Shown here: in pieces, positions 17,762 through 28,199 of the stretch | Layout: each line of letters starts with the position of its first letter | Position numbering within the stretch: the first letter of the stretch is position 1 | Assembly: GCA_964402155.1 (NCBI GenBank) | Contig: CAYOAY010000001.1 | Location: 1-57,653, forward strand | Length of the DNA: 57,653 bases | From: an uncultured Muribaculaceae bacterium | Lineage (GTDB): Bacteria; Bacillota_I; Bacilli_A; RF39; UBA660 | Direction of reading: 5' to 3' | Translations under genes and position numbers: made by a program | Notes under the pieces: generated by a model | What the model was told of the DNA's origin: nothing | Databases searched by the model: none | What the model saw: only the letters and a program-made list of their open reading frames with translations

Positions 17762-19525
17762 ATGAAATGGGATTTAACTTACCATTTTAAAAATGATAAA
17801 GAGTTTGAACAAGCATATAATAATGTTCAAAATTTAGTAAAATCTTTTTCATCTTTTAAAGGCAAATTAGGTGAACCAAATAGTTTTAGAGATTATTATT
17901 TAAAAATTAAACAATTTGAAAGTGAGGCATCTAAAGTATATCAATATGCATCACTAAAAAGTGATTTAAATAAAAAGAATGTAGAAAATGCTTCTAATAT
18001 TGCAAAATGTCAAATGATGCTTTACACATTTAGTGAAATTACTTCTTTTGAATCACCAGAAATAATTAAACTAGGACAAGAAAAAGTAACAAGTTTTTTA
18101 AATCAATTTCCAGAGTTAAATGAATTCAAATTTTATTTTGACAAATTATTTAGAAACGCAAGTCATATACTAGATGAAAATAGCGAGAAACTACTTTCAA
18201 TTTATGACCCACTAACAAGTAGTGGTAGTGAACTATATAGTAGTCTTGCTGTTGGTGATTGTAATCCAGTTACCGTAACATTATCGACTAATGAAAAAGT
18301 TCAAGTAACACAAGGAAACTATCGTTCTTTAATTGCTGATAGTAAAAATGAACAGGACCGTAAAATTATATTTGAAGCTATCTTTAATTCTTATGAACAA
18401 AATAAAACTACTTATGCTTCAATATATAATACTGTTTTACTTGCTGATAAAGCAACATCAAAAGCAAGAGGATATAAGAATTCCTTAGAAGCTCATTTAT
18501 ATGGCAATAATATACCACTTGAAGTATATTATAATTTAATTGATGTAGCTTCAAATAATAATGAAGGATTAAAGAAATATATTAAATTACGTCAAAAATA
18601 TTTAGGTCTTGAAACATATCATACATATGATCGTTTTATTGAACTAGCATCATCAAATAAAAAATACACATATGAAGAAGCAAAAGAATTATTTTTTAAT
18701 TCATTAGAAAGTTTTCCACAAGATTTTAAAGATAAAGCTCATGAAGTACTAAAATCAGGCTTTGTTGATGTATATGAACAAGATGGAAAAAGAACAGGTG
18801 CATATTCTTCAAGTGTTGCCAATTTACATCCATTTATCTTATTAAACTATGACAATACCTTAGATAGTGTATTTACGGTTGCGCATGAAGCTGGACATTC
18901 AATGCATTCGATGTATGCATGTGAAACACAACCAACAATGTTACAAGATTATACTATTTTTGTTGCTGAAATTGCATCAACATTTAATGAACATGCACTA
19001 TTAGATTATTTTTTAAATTTACCTTCAACAACAAAAGAAGAAAAAATCATGGTAATCCAAAAAGCTATTGATAATATTGCTTCTACTTTCTATCGTCAAA
19101 CTTTATTTGCTGAATATGAACTTCAAGCTCATGAAATGATTGAAAAAGATATGCCAATTAACCATGAAGTATTATCAAAAATAATGATTGAATTATATAA
19201 GAAGTATTATAATCTTGATATTACAAAAGAAAATGTAAAACAATTTGTTTGGGCATATATACCTCATTTATTCTATACCCCTTTCTATGTATATCAATAT
19301 GCAACTAGCTTTGCAGCAAGTTTTAAATTATACCAAGCTGTTTGTAATAAAGAACAAAATGCACATGAAAAGTATATTAACCTATTAAAATCAGGAGGTT
19401 CAAAATATCCAATAGAACAAGCAAAAGATGCAGGTGTTGACTTTATGAAAAAAGAAACATTTATGGCTGTTGTTGATAGAATGAATGAACTTGTAGATAT
19501 GTTAGAAAAATTATTAGAAGAATAA
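17762..19525 (+). CDS. pepF: Oligoendopeptidase F (M3B family)
   Basis: Zinc motif HEAGHSMH, with length and overall pattern typical of PepF. RBS AAGGAGG. Confidence 0.9.
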   Translation: MKWDLTYHFKNDKEFEQAYNNVQNLVKSFSSFKGKLGEPNSFRDYYLKIKQFESEASKVYQYASLKSDLNKKNVENASNIAKCQMMLYTFSEITSFESPEIIKLGQEKVTSFLNQFPELNEFKFYFDKLFRNASHILDENSEKLLSIYDPLTSSGSELYSSLAVGDCNPVTVTLSTNEKVQVTQGNYRSLIADSKNEQDRKIIFEAIFNSYEQNKTTYASIYNTVLLADKATSKARGYKNSLEAHLYGNNIPLEVYYNLIDVASNNNEGLKKYIKLRQKYLGLETYHTYDRFIELASSNKKYTYEEAKELFFNSLESFPQDFKDKAHEVLKSGFVDVYEQDGKRTGAYSSSVANLHPFILLNYDNTLDSVFTVAHEAGHSMHSMYACETQPTMLQDYTIFVAEIASTFNEHALLDYFLNLPSTTKEEKIMVIQKAIDNIASTFYRQTLFAEYELQAHEMIEKDMPINHEVLSKIMIELYKKYYNLDITKENVKQFVWAYIPHLFYTPFYVYQYATSFAASFKLYQAVCNKEQNAHEKYINLLKSGGSKYPIEQAKDAGVDFMKKETFMAVVDRMNELVDMLEKLLEE

Positions 19526-19531
19526 TTAAAA

Positions 19532-19561
19532 AATAGATATTAGTTTGTGCTAATATCTATT
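19532..19561. terminator. Bidirectional terminator between convergent pepF and thiT
   Basis: AATAGATATTAG-tttgtg-CTAATATCTATT, flanked by A5 and T-runs. Confidence 0.75.
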
Positions 19562-19568
19562 TATTTTT

Positions 19569-20108
19569 TTATTCAGTCATATATTTAATTGGTAAAAACT
19601 TCAATAATAATAAAACTACAATAATTGATGCAAATGCACTTAGATAAGTATATGTTCCATTATATACTATTGAATAAATAATTCCAGCTTCCCAATATAA
19701 AACACCAGATAATACTAAGCATAATAATCTTAAACTACAAACCAACAATATAGGAACAGCTATAAAAATAATTCTTTTTAAACCTGTAGTTGATTTAACT
19801 TTATTTCTAAACTCTCCAACAAAACCAATTACTAAATTAGGTAATACATAATCTAGTAAAACTTGAGGAACAGTTATTAAATAACTAGACCAAAGTAATT
19901 GAATTACACCTATTAAAAGTCCCGTTAATAATCCACCCTTTAATCCATACTTATATCCCATAATAATTGTTGGGACAAATGCAATTGTAATAGACCCACC
20001 ATTTTGCCATAGTGGTACTGAAATCAAACTTGCAACTAAATCTAAGATTAATCCAAGTGCTGCAAAAATACTAACTTCAGCAATAAATTTAATTTGATTT
20101 TTTCTCAT
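19569..20108 (-). CDS. thiT: Thiamine transporter ThiT (ECF S-component)
   Basis: About 180-aa 6-TM protein starting MRKNQIKFIAEVSIFAALGLIL after AAGGAG. It lies directly downstream of a TPP riboswitch. The ORF-track start at 20201 would run into the riboswitch. Confidence 0.8.
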   Translation of the reverse strand: MRKNQIKFIAEVSIFAALGLILDLVASLISVPLWQNGGSITIAFVPTIIMGYKYGLKGGLLTGLLIGVIQLLWSSYLITVPQVLLDYVLPNLVIGFVGEFRNKVKSTTGLKRIIFIAVPILLVCSLRLLCLVLSGVLYWEAGIIYSIVYNGTYTYLSAFASIIVVLLLLKFLPIKYMTE

Positions 20109-20174
20109 ACCATTCTCCTTATATATATTTGGAAAATGCGAAGCAAGAGTAATATATAATAAATATATAAAAAA

Positions 20175-20262
20175 ACGTATATTTCCCTCCGCTAGTATCA
20201 TCTAGTTCAGGTTCAAAGCGTCGTGGTTACCCCACCTCTCAGCATTAGCTCCGCTAATATAT
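20175..20262 (-). promoter_or_regulatory. TPP (THI-box) riboswitch
   Basis: The minus strand reads AGCGGAGCTAATGCTGAGAGGTGGGGTAACCACGACGCTTTGAACCTGAACTAGATGATACTAGCGGAGGGAA. This contains the conserved CUGAGA, ACC, GAACCUGA and AGCG-AGGGA elements. TATAAT lies just upstream. Confidence 0.9.
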
Positions 20263-20526
20263 CCTTAATCATTATACTAAAAATAATGAACAATGTCAAA
20301 ACTAAAACACCTTTAAGGTTAGTAACATATTTTATTTTTTTGTTATGCTTCCAGTATTAAATAAAATAATACCTTATTACTGTGTTATATAATGGTTTTT
20401 TACTCATATTTCATAATATCATTTATGTTTAAAAATTGAACGATAGTTGTTAAATAATTTATCATAAATACTACATTTGAAAATAGTATATTTGAAGTAC
20501 GTACTCTAGAGATACTTTTAGCACAA

Positions 20527-21235
20527 TCACTTCCAATTTTCGACTATACTATCCTTTTTAAACTCTATTTCTAAAATAAAATTCGGAAATATAACAACAT
20601 TTAATATTTTACCAAAATTTTTTTTAATTAGTCCTTTATCAATCAATGATTTTAAAATATTAATGCTTTTTTTGCTGCAAGATAAATATTTTTCTAAATC
20701 TTGTCTTAATATTTCTTCATTAGTTTTTATAAACTCCAAAGTTTTTTCTTTCTCAAAAGAAAGAATTAATTTTGACATGATGAGGTTCACCATCATTTAT
20801 CGTTATACTCGCCAGCTTTCCTAAGATAATTATTAGTTTTGTTCTATCAGGATTAAAGTTTTCTTCAATAATAGGTTTACTATATCCAAAAATATTAATT
20901 ACATGTAATATTTGTTGGATTCCTGTGCCAGCTCTTTCTCCTATTTTAATTAAACTGAAGATTTTTAAATTGTCTCATTTCTAGAATCATGATTTTCGCT
21001 TGCTAAAGCTTCTTCAATACTCATTCTCATACAACCACTATTATCAAACTCAATCCTATCTTTATATTTTTTAATTATTATTCCTCTTGTACCATAATAA
21101 TCAGCATTTGACAATGTATTACATAAAGCTTCTCTTAGTGCTTTATGCATTTCTGTATCATCAACTCTTTGTGCTCCTTCTAATTTAAAAGAATAAACAA
21201 ATCCTAAACTAATTTGTTATATACTTTAAAAAAGA
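20527..21235 (-). pseudogene. 5'-truncated, frameshifted remnant of an AlbA_2/HATPase_c_4-type ATP-binding regulator (paralogue of 42777-44237)
   Basis: Fragments lie in three frames. MHKALREALCNTLSNADYYG..IEFDNSGCM parallels ASLREAILNAFCHANYL..VKITNPGG. ..IGERAGTGIQQILHVINIFGYSKP.. parallels NYGTGIPRIVKAY. A wHTH-like tail follows (20527-20796). There is no AlbA_2 N-terminal part. Confidence 0.6.
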
Positions 21236-21682
21236 AGTCAAATACATTTCCACTTTTAAGTTTTAAAAATCTTTTTCAAACATATTATCAGATTCATTAC
21301 ACTTATATTGTATCATTATTACTAATTTTCAAGTTTTATATGTGTAAATGTGTTCGAATGTTTTAAAGTGTAATATTGATGAATTTATAATATATTATAA
21401 TAAGAAACAATTTCAATTGCTTTATGCACAGTATCTAATACTAATTTAAAATCTTTTAATTTAGTTGTAGTATATATTATTATATATTTGGCATACATAT
21501 TCTTAGTTGCACATAGATATTTGACTACATCTCGAACAAAGACGTATAAAAAACACATTAGACTTCAAGTAATAAATATCGTATCACTTTCTCTAATGTG
21601 TCTTTTTTTATCTAGTGAATGTTAATCAAATTAGTTCATTGAACTTGTTCTTTTTAAACATACTACTTCTCAAAGATATATT

Positions 21683-22858
21683 TTAATTATTGCGATCATA
21701 AAGTTGATCAATTTGAATAATTGGATTTAGTTTTTCATCTTGTTGTTTTATTTTTTCTATTATATCCATTCTAAGTTCTGCTTTGGTAACTTTAAATTTA
21801 AGTGGCATTGCAATATCAAATAAAATATTTGTATGTGTTTGTCCATGAACAACTCTAAAATCATGAATTGTTAAATTTGAATCATAGTCATTAATTATCT
21901 TTAAAACCATTTCTTTTAATTCTATCGTTTTAGGGTCTGTAATATCAATTGGATCCATATGAATTACTAAATCAATATTTTTTTCTTGTCTAAAGTCTCT
22001 TTCTATATTATCAATAATATCATGAATTTCTAAAATATCACCTTTACACGATACTTCAGCATGGATAGTTGCGAAAACCTTATTATGTCCATACGTGTGA
22101 ACAACCAAATCATGAACACCTAAAATAAAGGGATAGGAACGAACCTTATTACAAATCATTTCTTGATATTCTTTAGAAACACCTTCACCAATGAGTGGAT
22201 TCATAGTTTCCTTTAATGTTTTTAAACCAGATATTAAAATAAAGATTGAAACTAATATTCCAATATAACCATCAATTGGAATCCCCCATATATGATAAAC
22301 AATAGTACCAACAATAACAAATCCTGTAGATATGCAATCATTTAAACTATCTTGAGCCGTAGCAATTAATGCTTGAGAATCGATATCATTACCATTCTTT
22401 TTATAAAATAATGATTGCCAACATTTAATTACAATTGATATAACTAATATAATATATATTAATGGACTAATATTTATTTCTTCAGGGTTTAATATTTTAG
22501 TAAATGAATTTTTAAATAATGATACACCAATAATTAGAATAATAAATGCAATAATTACTCCTGTCAAATACTCAATTCGTTCATGTCCAAAAGGATGGTC
22601 TTCGTCAGCAGGCTTAGATGATAATTTAAATCCAATTAAAGTAATTATTGATGATCCTGCATCTGATAAGTTATTTATTCCATCAGCCATAATGGAGACA
22701 CTACCACTAATAAATCCAGCTAAAATTTTTACTAAACATAATAGCAAGTTAGAAGCAATACCAACTATCCCTGATAATGATCCATATTTTACTCTGACTT
22801 TCGCATCTGTAGTATTTTTATAATCTTTAATAAAAAGTTTTAATAATAATTTTCTCAT
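21683..22858 (-). CDS. Cation diffusion facilitator (CDF) family transporter
   Basis: The N-terminal TM domain has SGSVSIMADGINNLSDAGSS and HPFGHERIEY. A C-terminal cytoplasmic domain is present. Confidence 0.85.
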   Translation of the reverse strand: MRKLLLKLFIKDYKNTTDAKVRVKYGSLSGIVGIASNLLLCLVKILAGFISGSVSIMADGINNLSDAGSSIITLIGFKLSSKPADEDHPFGHERIEYLTGVIIAFIILIIGVSLFKNSFTKILNPEEINISPLIYIILVISIVIKCWQSLFYKKNGNDIDSQALIATAQDSLNDCISTGFVIVGTIVYHIWGIPIDGYIGILVSIFILISGLKTLKETMNPLIGEGVSKEYQEMICNKVRSYPFILGVHDLVVHTYGHNKVFATIHAEVSCKGDILEIHDIIDNIERDFRQEKNIDLVIHMDPIDITDPKTIELKEMVLKIINDYDSNLTIHDFRVVHGQTHTNILFDIAMPLKFKVTKAELRMDIIEKIKQQDEKLNPIIQIDQLYDRNN

Positions 22859-22873
22859 ATTTGTCCTTCTTTA

Positions 22874-23620
22874 TTAAGAGAAAATAAGATTAAATATCCA
22901 CTTAAGAATATTATGTTCATACATAAATTTAGCAAATGAAGATTCTTCACTTAATTCATCACTTAATTTTAAAGTATTAATTAACCAATTAGACATATCT
23001 CCAGGTATGCTTATTAAGAAAGTAATAATATAACATACTATCGCAATAAAGACTAAGGAAACAATTATACCAAGTGCTAATCCTAATAATCTATTAGCTA
23101 AACCTACAATCGGAACTTTATTTATATTTTTAAGTATTTTCTGTAATATAGATAAAATTATTATTAATAAAAAGAAAACAACGACATAAGCAATTATAGT
23201 ACAAACGAATAATGATATTCCTTTACCAATATATTCAGCAACACTCATATCATTAATAACATCTATTTTTTCAACTAGTAAATTTTTAAGGTAATCTCTA
23301 ATTACTCCCGGAATCTTCGCATCTTTTAATGTTTGATCTAAAGCTTCATTAATAAATACTTCCTTATTATCATCTGTTAATACAAATCCAAATTTTTCAT
23401 CTTTATCAATTAAAGTTGTTTCTATTTTCTCAACTATACCGGTACCAATTCCAGTATTATTAATAACAACCCCAACTGGCTTACATAAAAGTGAAGCAAG
23501 AAGTATTGCGACTAAACCTTTAGCGAAACCAAGTAGTAATGAAAGAAAACCTTTAATATATCCAATAATACAAGCAACAATAATAATTACTAAAAATGCT
23601 ATACTAAAAACATCTGTCAT
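22874..23620 (-). CDS. CvpA-family membrane protein
   Basis: The N-terminus (IAFLVIIIVACIIGYIKGFLSLLLGFAKGLVAILLA) and 4-TM layout are typical of the CvpA family. Confidence 0.6.
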   Translation of the reverse strand: MTDVFSIAFLVIIIVACIIGYIKGFLSLLLGFAKGLVAILLASLLCKPVGVVINNTGIGTGIVEKIETTLIDKDEKFGFVLTDDNKEVFINEALDQTLKDAKIPGVIRDYLKNLLVEKIDVINDMSVAEYIGKGISLFVCTIIAYVVVFFLLIIILSILQKILKNINKVPIVGLANRLLGLALGIIVSLVFIAIVCYIITFLISIPGDMSNWLINTLKLSDELSEESSFAKFMYEHNILKWIFNLIFS

Positions 23621-23625
23621 TTAAT

Positions 23626-24939
23626 TCACCCCTTTTTATTTATTCTATTTATATCAGAAATGAGTTTACGATAAAACACATCTCCTATTTGCATGTAACC
23701 ATCCATATTAGGATGTACTCCATTTGTTCCAATTGATTCTGTTATATTACTTCTAGCATTAACTTTCATCAATGTTGAAGGCATATTATATTCACTATCA
23801 AATTGGGCTTTTGTATCTACATATTCAGTAAATGATGAAAATTCTTCTTCATCACATAATTGTTCTAATGCTTCATTATAATAAAAAGCAGTCGAAACTT
23901 CTCCAAAAGTATCATGATATGGACCGGTCGCTCCATAGTTAGAAGCAATACCTCCATTAATCGAACATATATGAATACCTAATAATCTAACCTTTGTTAA
24001 AGGATATTCTTCATGAATCTTTCTAAGCATCATTCTTGCGTAATCAAAATGATGACTAAAATCATGATTATATGGAATATATAATCCATTCCATGTTAAT
24101 AATATATATATTAAATCTGGATTTTCAAACTTATTTAAATTAATATAATTTTTAAAACTAATAGTATTATTTTCTTTATCCCAAAATGGATTCGTCTTTT
24201 CATATTCAAAAGAATCAATAAAAAGAGTATCTTGATGTATGGCATTGGCGACATGTTGAAGTGTCTTACCTAAATTAGGTAACATACTTATATTTTTAGG
24301 TCCACGTTTAAATTTTAATCTATTTTCCTCAATTGTTTCTAAGATCCAACTTAGTCCATCACTTTCCCATTGACTATGTTGGTCAGCTTCGGTTAAATGA
24401 TGTTTCGTTTTAATCCACACACTTGAATTTAATCCAATGTGGTCATTAGTACAATATGATTTCCACGTCCATCCACCATATCCTTCATAACCAATTTCTT
24501 TATCATCAACACTAGTTTTACATGTGCCCATAAAATTTAAGACATCGCCATAATTTAATCCTTGAGGATTTTCCTCATTTAAACAAACTCTTTCATATCC
24601 TACCTTGGGCCATACACCATTAACAGTTATACTATCACCAATACACAATATATTAAGTTTTTTGCTTGGTTTTGATGGATTTTCAACAACTAAATTAGTA
24701 GATGCTTCATCAATAATATTATGATCATTATCAAATAATTGAATTTTTAATTCATAACAACCTTCTTCTGAAGCTTTAGGAGTATATGTAAAATATCTAG
24801 GAAAGGGATTACCTTTAGGGCAAGTAACTAAAATATAGTATTGGTAAGGATTATGTAATCTTATTACTCCTCTATAAAAAAGTTCAAATCGATCACCTAC
24901 AACTAAATTATATTGTTTAGCTAAATGTAAATATTTCAT
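23626..24939 (-). CDS. SGNH/GDSL-type hydrolase with an N-terminal beta-rich domain
   Basis: Block I GDSIT (LNILCIGDSITVNG) and block V-like GVHPNMDGY near the C-terminus. Confidence 0.65.
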   Translation of the reverse strand: MKYLHLAKQYNLVVGDRFELFYRGVIRLHNPYQYYILVTCPKGNPFPRYFTYTPKASEEGCYELKIQLFDNDHNIIDEASTNLVVENPSKPSKKLNILCIGDSITVNGVWPKVGYERVCLNEENPQGLNYGDVLNFMGTCKTSVDDKEIGYEGYGGWTWKSYCTNDHIGLNSSVWIKTKHHLTEADQHSQWESDGLSWILETIEENRLKFKRGPKNISMLPNLGKTLQHVANAIHQDTLFIDSFEYEKTNPFWDKENNTISFKNYINLNKFENPDLIYILLTWNGLYIPYNHDFSHHFDYARMMLRKIHEEYPLTKVRLLGIHICSINGGIASNYGATGPYHDTFGEVSTAFYYNEALEQLCDEEEFSSFTEYVDTKAQFDSEYNMPSTLMKVNARSNITESIGTNGVHPNMDGYMQIGDVFYRKLISDINRINKKG

Positions 24940-25152
24940 AATATTCCTCCCAATAAAGTTAGCGATATATATAAATTATACCTAATATATTTTTTTTGTA
25001 AAGTTTTATGATAAAGAAAAAAGGGATGGTTTAATTATAACTAGAATCTATTTTAAAATAATTAAATAATTATTTTTTATTCTCTTTTTTAAATAATATG
25101 TGTCTTATATAATGAACCAAATAACTATTAAACTTAAAAATACCTTTTTAAA

Positions 25153-25177
25153 AAACACTAGATTTATTCTAGTGTTT
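25153..25177 (-). terminator. Intrinsic terminator after the LRR lipoprotein gene
   Basis: AAACACTAGA-5 nt-TCTAGTGTTT, with flanking T/A runs, immediately after the stop codon. Confidence 0.6.
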
Positions 25178-25178
25178 T

Positions 25179-26705
25179 TTATAACGTGTGATTCCAGAAA
25201 ATTGGTCTACTACTCATATTCCATCCAGATTCCCAAGTAGATAGTTCAGCACTTCCCTCACAGAAAATTGAAGCACTACTACATGCATAGCATGCACCAC
25301 CTTTAATTACAGTAACTGACTTTGGAATATATATCTTTGTAAGACAAACACACCATGCGAAAGCATAACCTCCAATTAATTCAACACCACTTGGAATAAT
25401 CATTTCTTTAAGTTTTGAGCACATATTAAATGCGGCATATTCAATTTTTTTAAGTGAAGTAGGTAAAACAACATTTTCTAAGTTTATACATCCTCTTAAT
25501 GAATATTCACCTAAAACCTCTATCGAATTTGCTAAAGATATATTAACTAAGTTTTCTGTTTCAGCAAGTCCATATGTTTCGATTATTTTAATTCCATCAG
25601 AAATAGTAATACTAGTAATATTATTATTTCCTCTAAAGCATGCTGCCCCAATTATTTCTACTTTTTTACCATTAAATAAAGTAGGAGTAACAACTGTAGA
25701 TGAATTACCATAATAGTTACTTAAAACAACTGTATCATCTTTGATAAAATATTCAAAATCACCATCTTTAACAATTGTATCTATATCAGTTCCATATTGA
25801 ATACAACTATGTAGTGTATCATGCCAATCTTGAGGCCAGTTACTACCTTCATTCATACTTTCCATATAAATAATTTTAGCGCTGCCTAAACCATATTTTT
25901 CAACGCTAGTAACGCTACTTGGAACAACTACAGTATTTAAATTTGTCATTTGATAAAATGCTGCTTCATCAATTTTAGTTACTGTATTAGGAATGATAAC
26001 TTTCTTTACATTATTATTTTTAAGAAATGCTTGGGTACCAATTTCAACAACTGGTAAGTTATTATATTGATTAGGAATATAAACAACTTCATCAACACCA
26101 CTATATTCAGTTATCGAATAGCCACCATTAATTTTACTAAATACAAAATCACTTGAAGAATTGGTAATAGTAACTTCAATACTTAAATTTTTACCTTCAT
26201 AAGAAATATTAAGTGTATGTTTTCCAACTTCTTCTAAACTATTTAATCCATCAACGATATTTTCTTCTTTTAAAGCAACTCTTTTAATTGTTGTATTACT
26301 ATATGTAACATCAATATATATTTTAGATATATCGAATTTATTTTTTTCAAATGTATTCGTACTATTTTTATCATAATCAATACTATCAACAAATACTTTT
26401 TCTTCAATTAAAACATTGACTTGGCATGTTTTATTTTCATAACTAACAGTTAATTGATGTTGACCAGATTGATTAATATTTTCTAATCCCTCTAATACCA
26501 TTTCATTTGTTAAACTAATTACTGATATATCACCATTGCTATATGCAACATCTATTTTTATTTTATCAATCTTAAATTCATTTTCATAAAATATTAAAAC
26601 ACTATCTTCATTAACACTGATACTTGTTACTTCTGTTTTTTTACAACCTACAAAAGAAAAACAAGCAAATATGAATATTGCAATTATACTAATTTTTTTA
26701 ATCAT
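25179..26705 (-). CDS. Surface lipoprotein with Ig-like modules and BspA-type leucine-rich repeats
   Basis: Lipobox SFVGC after MIKKISIIAIFIFA, with RBS GGAGG. Two ~85-aa repeated modules (..KIDVAYSNGDISVISLT.. and ..YIDVTYSNTTIKRVALK..). Then repeated IP.SVT.I...AF units typical of LRR_5/BspA. Confidence 0.7.
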   Translation of the reverse strand: MIKKISIIAIFIFACFSFVGCKKTEVTSISVNEDSVLIFYENEFKIDKIKIDVAYSNGDISVISLTNEMVLEGLENINQSGQHQLTVSYENKTCQVNVLIEEKVFVDSIDYDKNSTNTFEKNKFDISKIYIDVTYSNTTIKRVALKEENIVDGLNSLEEVGKHTLNISYEGKNLSIEVTITNSSSDFVFSKINGGYSITEYSGVDEVVYIPNQYNNLPVVEIGTQAFLKNNNVKKVIIPNTVTKIDEAAFYQMTNLNTVVVPSSVTSVEKYGLGSAKIIYMESMNEGSNWPQDWHDTLHSCIQYGTDIDTIVKDGDFEYFIKDDTVVLSNYYGNSSTVVTPTLFNGKKVEIIGAACFRGNNNITSITISDGIKIIETYGLAETENLVNISLANSIEVLGEYSLRGCINLENVVLPTSLKKIEYAAFNMCSKLKEMIIPSGVELIGGYAFAWCVCLTKIYIPKSVTVIKGGACYACSSASIFCEGSAELSTWESGWNMSSRPIFWNHTL

Positions 26706-26780
26706 AAGCGCCTCCTGCTTTTTTATTAATAATATTTTACCATAATTATAATCATTTTTCAAGAGTTTTACGAAAAATAA

Positions 26781-26814
26781 AACAGATATACTTTTTATAT
26801 AAGCTATATCTGTT
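26781..26814 (-). terminator. Intrinsic terminator after the permease gene
   Basis: AACAGATATA-loop-TATATCTGTT, followed on the minus strand by TTTTATTTTT. Confidence 0.6.
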
Positions 26815-26828
26815 AAATATATATTATT

Positions 26829-28190
26829 TTAATTTTTTTCTAAGTTTTTTGGTAATATATAATATAAAACTATACTAATAATAAATACTATTGCGACAGG
26901 ACACTCACATAATATTTTTATAATAAGTAAATTATCAGGTAATTGATTCAAAATCGAAGGTACTAAATATAATCCAATACTTACACATAAAGAAATAGAA
27001 GCAATTATTGAATTTCTAGCATTTAATTCACATTTAGATAACATCTTAATACCAGTAATTATAATTGAACCAAATATCATTACCATACATCCACCAATAA
27101 CCGAATCAGGAATTGTTGAAAGAATAGCACTAAGGGGCGGAAATAGACTAATTATAACAAGCATAAAGGCTCCAACAAATAAAGTAAATCTATTTACTAC
27201 TCCCGTCATATTAACAATACCAGCACATTCTGAATATGTAGTAAAAGGGAAAGCACCAAAAAGACCAGACAAAGCACTAATAAATCCATTACATGTTATT
27301 GCGCCTGTTATTTCATCAGGCGTAAGTTCTCTTGAGAAATTTGATGATGTTATCGAATAAGCATTACCAATTGTTTCAGCAGTTGAAATAATATATATTA
27401 ATGTAAAAGTAATAATAGCATCTAATCTAAATTCTATTTTTGAAAAATTAGTAAAGTGCGGAATATCAATTATTTTTACATTATTTAATGAAGAAAAATC
27501 AACTAATCCAAAACAAATAGATACAATATATCCGGTAATTAATGCGAGTAAAATAGCAATTGATTTAAATTTTTGTTTATAAATAACCGACAAAATAATT
27601 GCAATCAATAATGTAATACTTGCGACAACAATATTTTTATAACTTCCAAAATCACTACTTCCACTTCCCCCACCAAATGAATTGACAGCAACCTTTAATA
27701 GGGAAATACCAAGAACAACTACTACAAGTGCACTCGTAATTGAAGGGATTAATTTACACCAATATTTGGTAAAAAACCCAAGAACTAAAAGAATAATACC
27801 ACCAATTATAACCGCACCAAGTATGGTACCATAATTATAGATTGTTCCAATATATGTTACAGCCGATAAAAAGACAAAGCTAGTACCCATTACAATTGGT
27901 AATTTAGATCCTACTTTCCAGATTGGGAAAAGCTGAATTATGGTGCCAATTCCTGCTAAAAATAACGCATTTTGAATTACTGTATTTGTTAATGCGTAAT
28001 CCGTATTAATACTTGGATTAGATAATATTAAAATAATTGGTGTAATATTAGAAATAAACATTGTTAATACATGTTGTAAACCATATGGAAGTGCATGAAT
28101 TACTGATACATATCCATCTAGTTTATATAAATTATCAGAATCAGTTTCATGAACAAAAAATGATTTTATCTTATTAAATATATTCTTCAT
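26829..28190 (-). CDS. NCS2-family nucleobase:cation symporter (xanthine/uracil permease-like)
   Basis: 453 aa with about 12-13 TM segments. NCS2-like segments LPYGLQHVLTMF, GTSFVFL and the ECAGI context (FTTYSECAGIVNMTGV). Confidence 0.75.
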   Translation of the reverse strand: MKNIFNKIKSFFVHETDSDNLYKLDGYVSVIHALPYGLQHVLTMFISNITPIILILSNPSINTDYALTNTVIQNALFLAGIGTIIQLFPIWKVGSKLPIVMGTSFVFLSAVTYIGTIYNYGTILGAVIIGGIILLVLGFFTKYWCKLIPSITSALVVVVLGISLLKVAVNSFGGGSGSSDFGSYKNIVVASITLLIAIILSVIYKQKFKSIAILLALITGYIVSICFGLVDFSSLNNVKIIDIPHFTNFSKIEFRLDAIITFTLIYIISTAETIGNAYSITSSNFSRELTPDEITGAITCNGFISALSGLFGAFPFTTYSECAGIVNMTGVVNRFTLFVGAFMLVIISLFPPLSAILSTIPDSVIGGCMVMIFGSIIITGIKMLSKCELNARNSIIASISLCVSIGLYLVPSILNQLPDNLLIIKILCECPVAIVFIISIVLYYILPKNLEKN

Positions 28191-28199
28191 TTTATTTCC

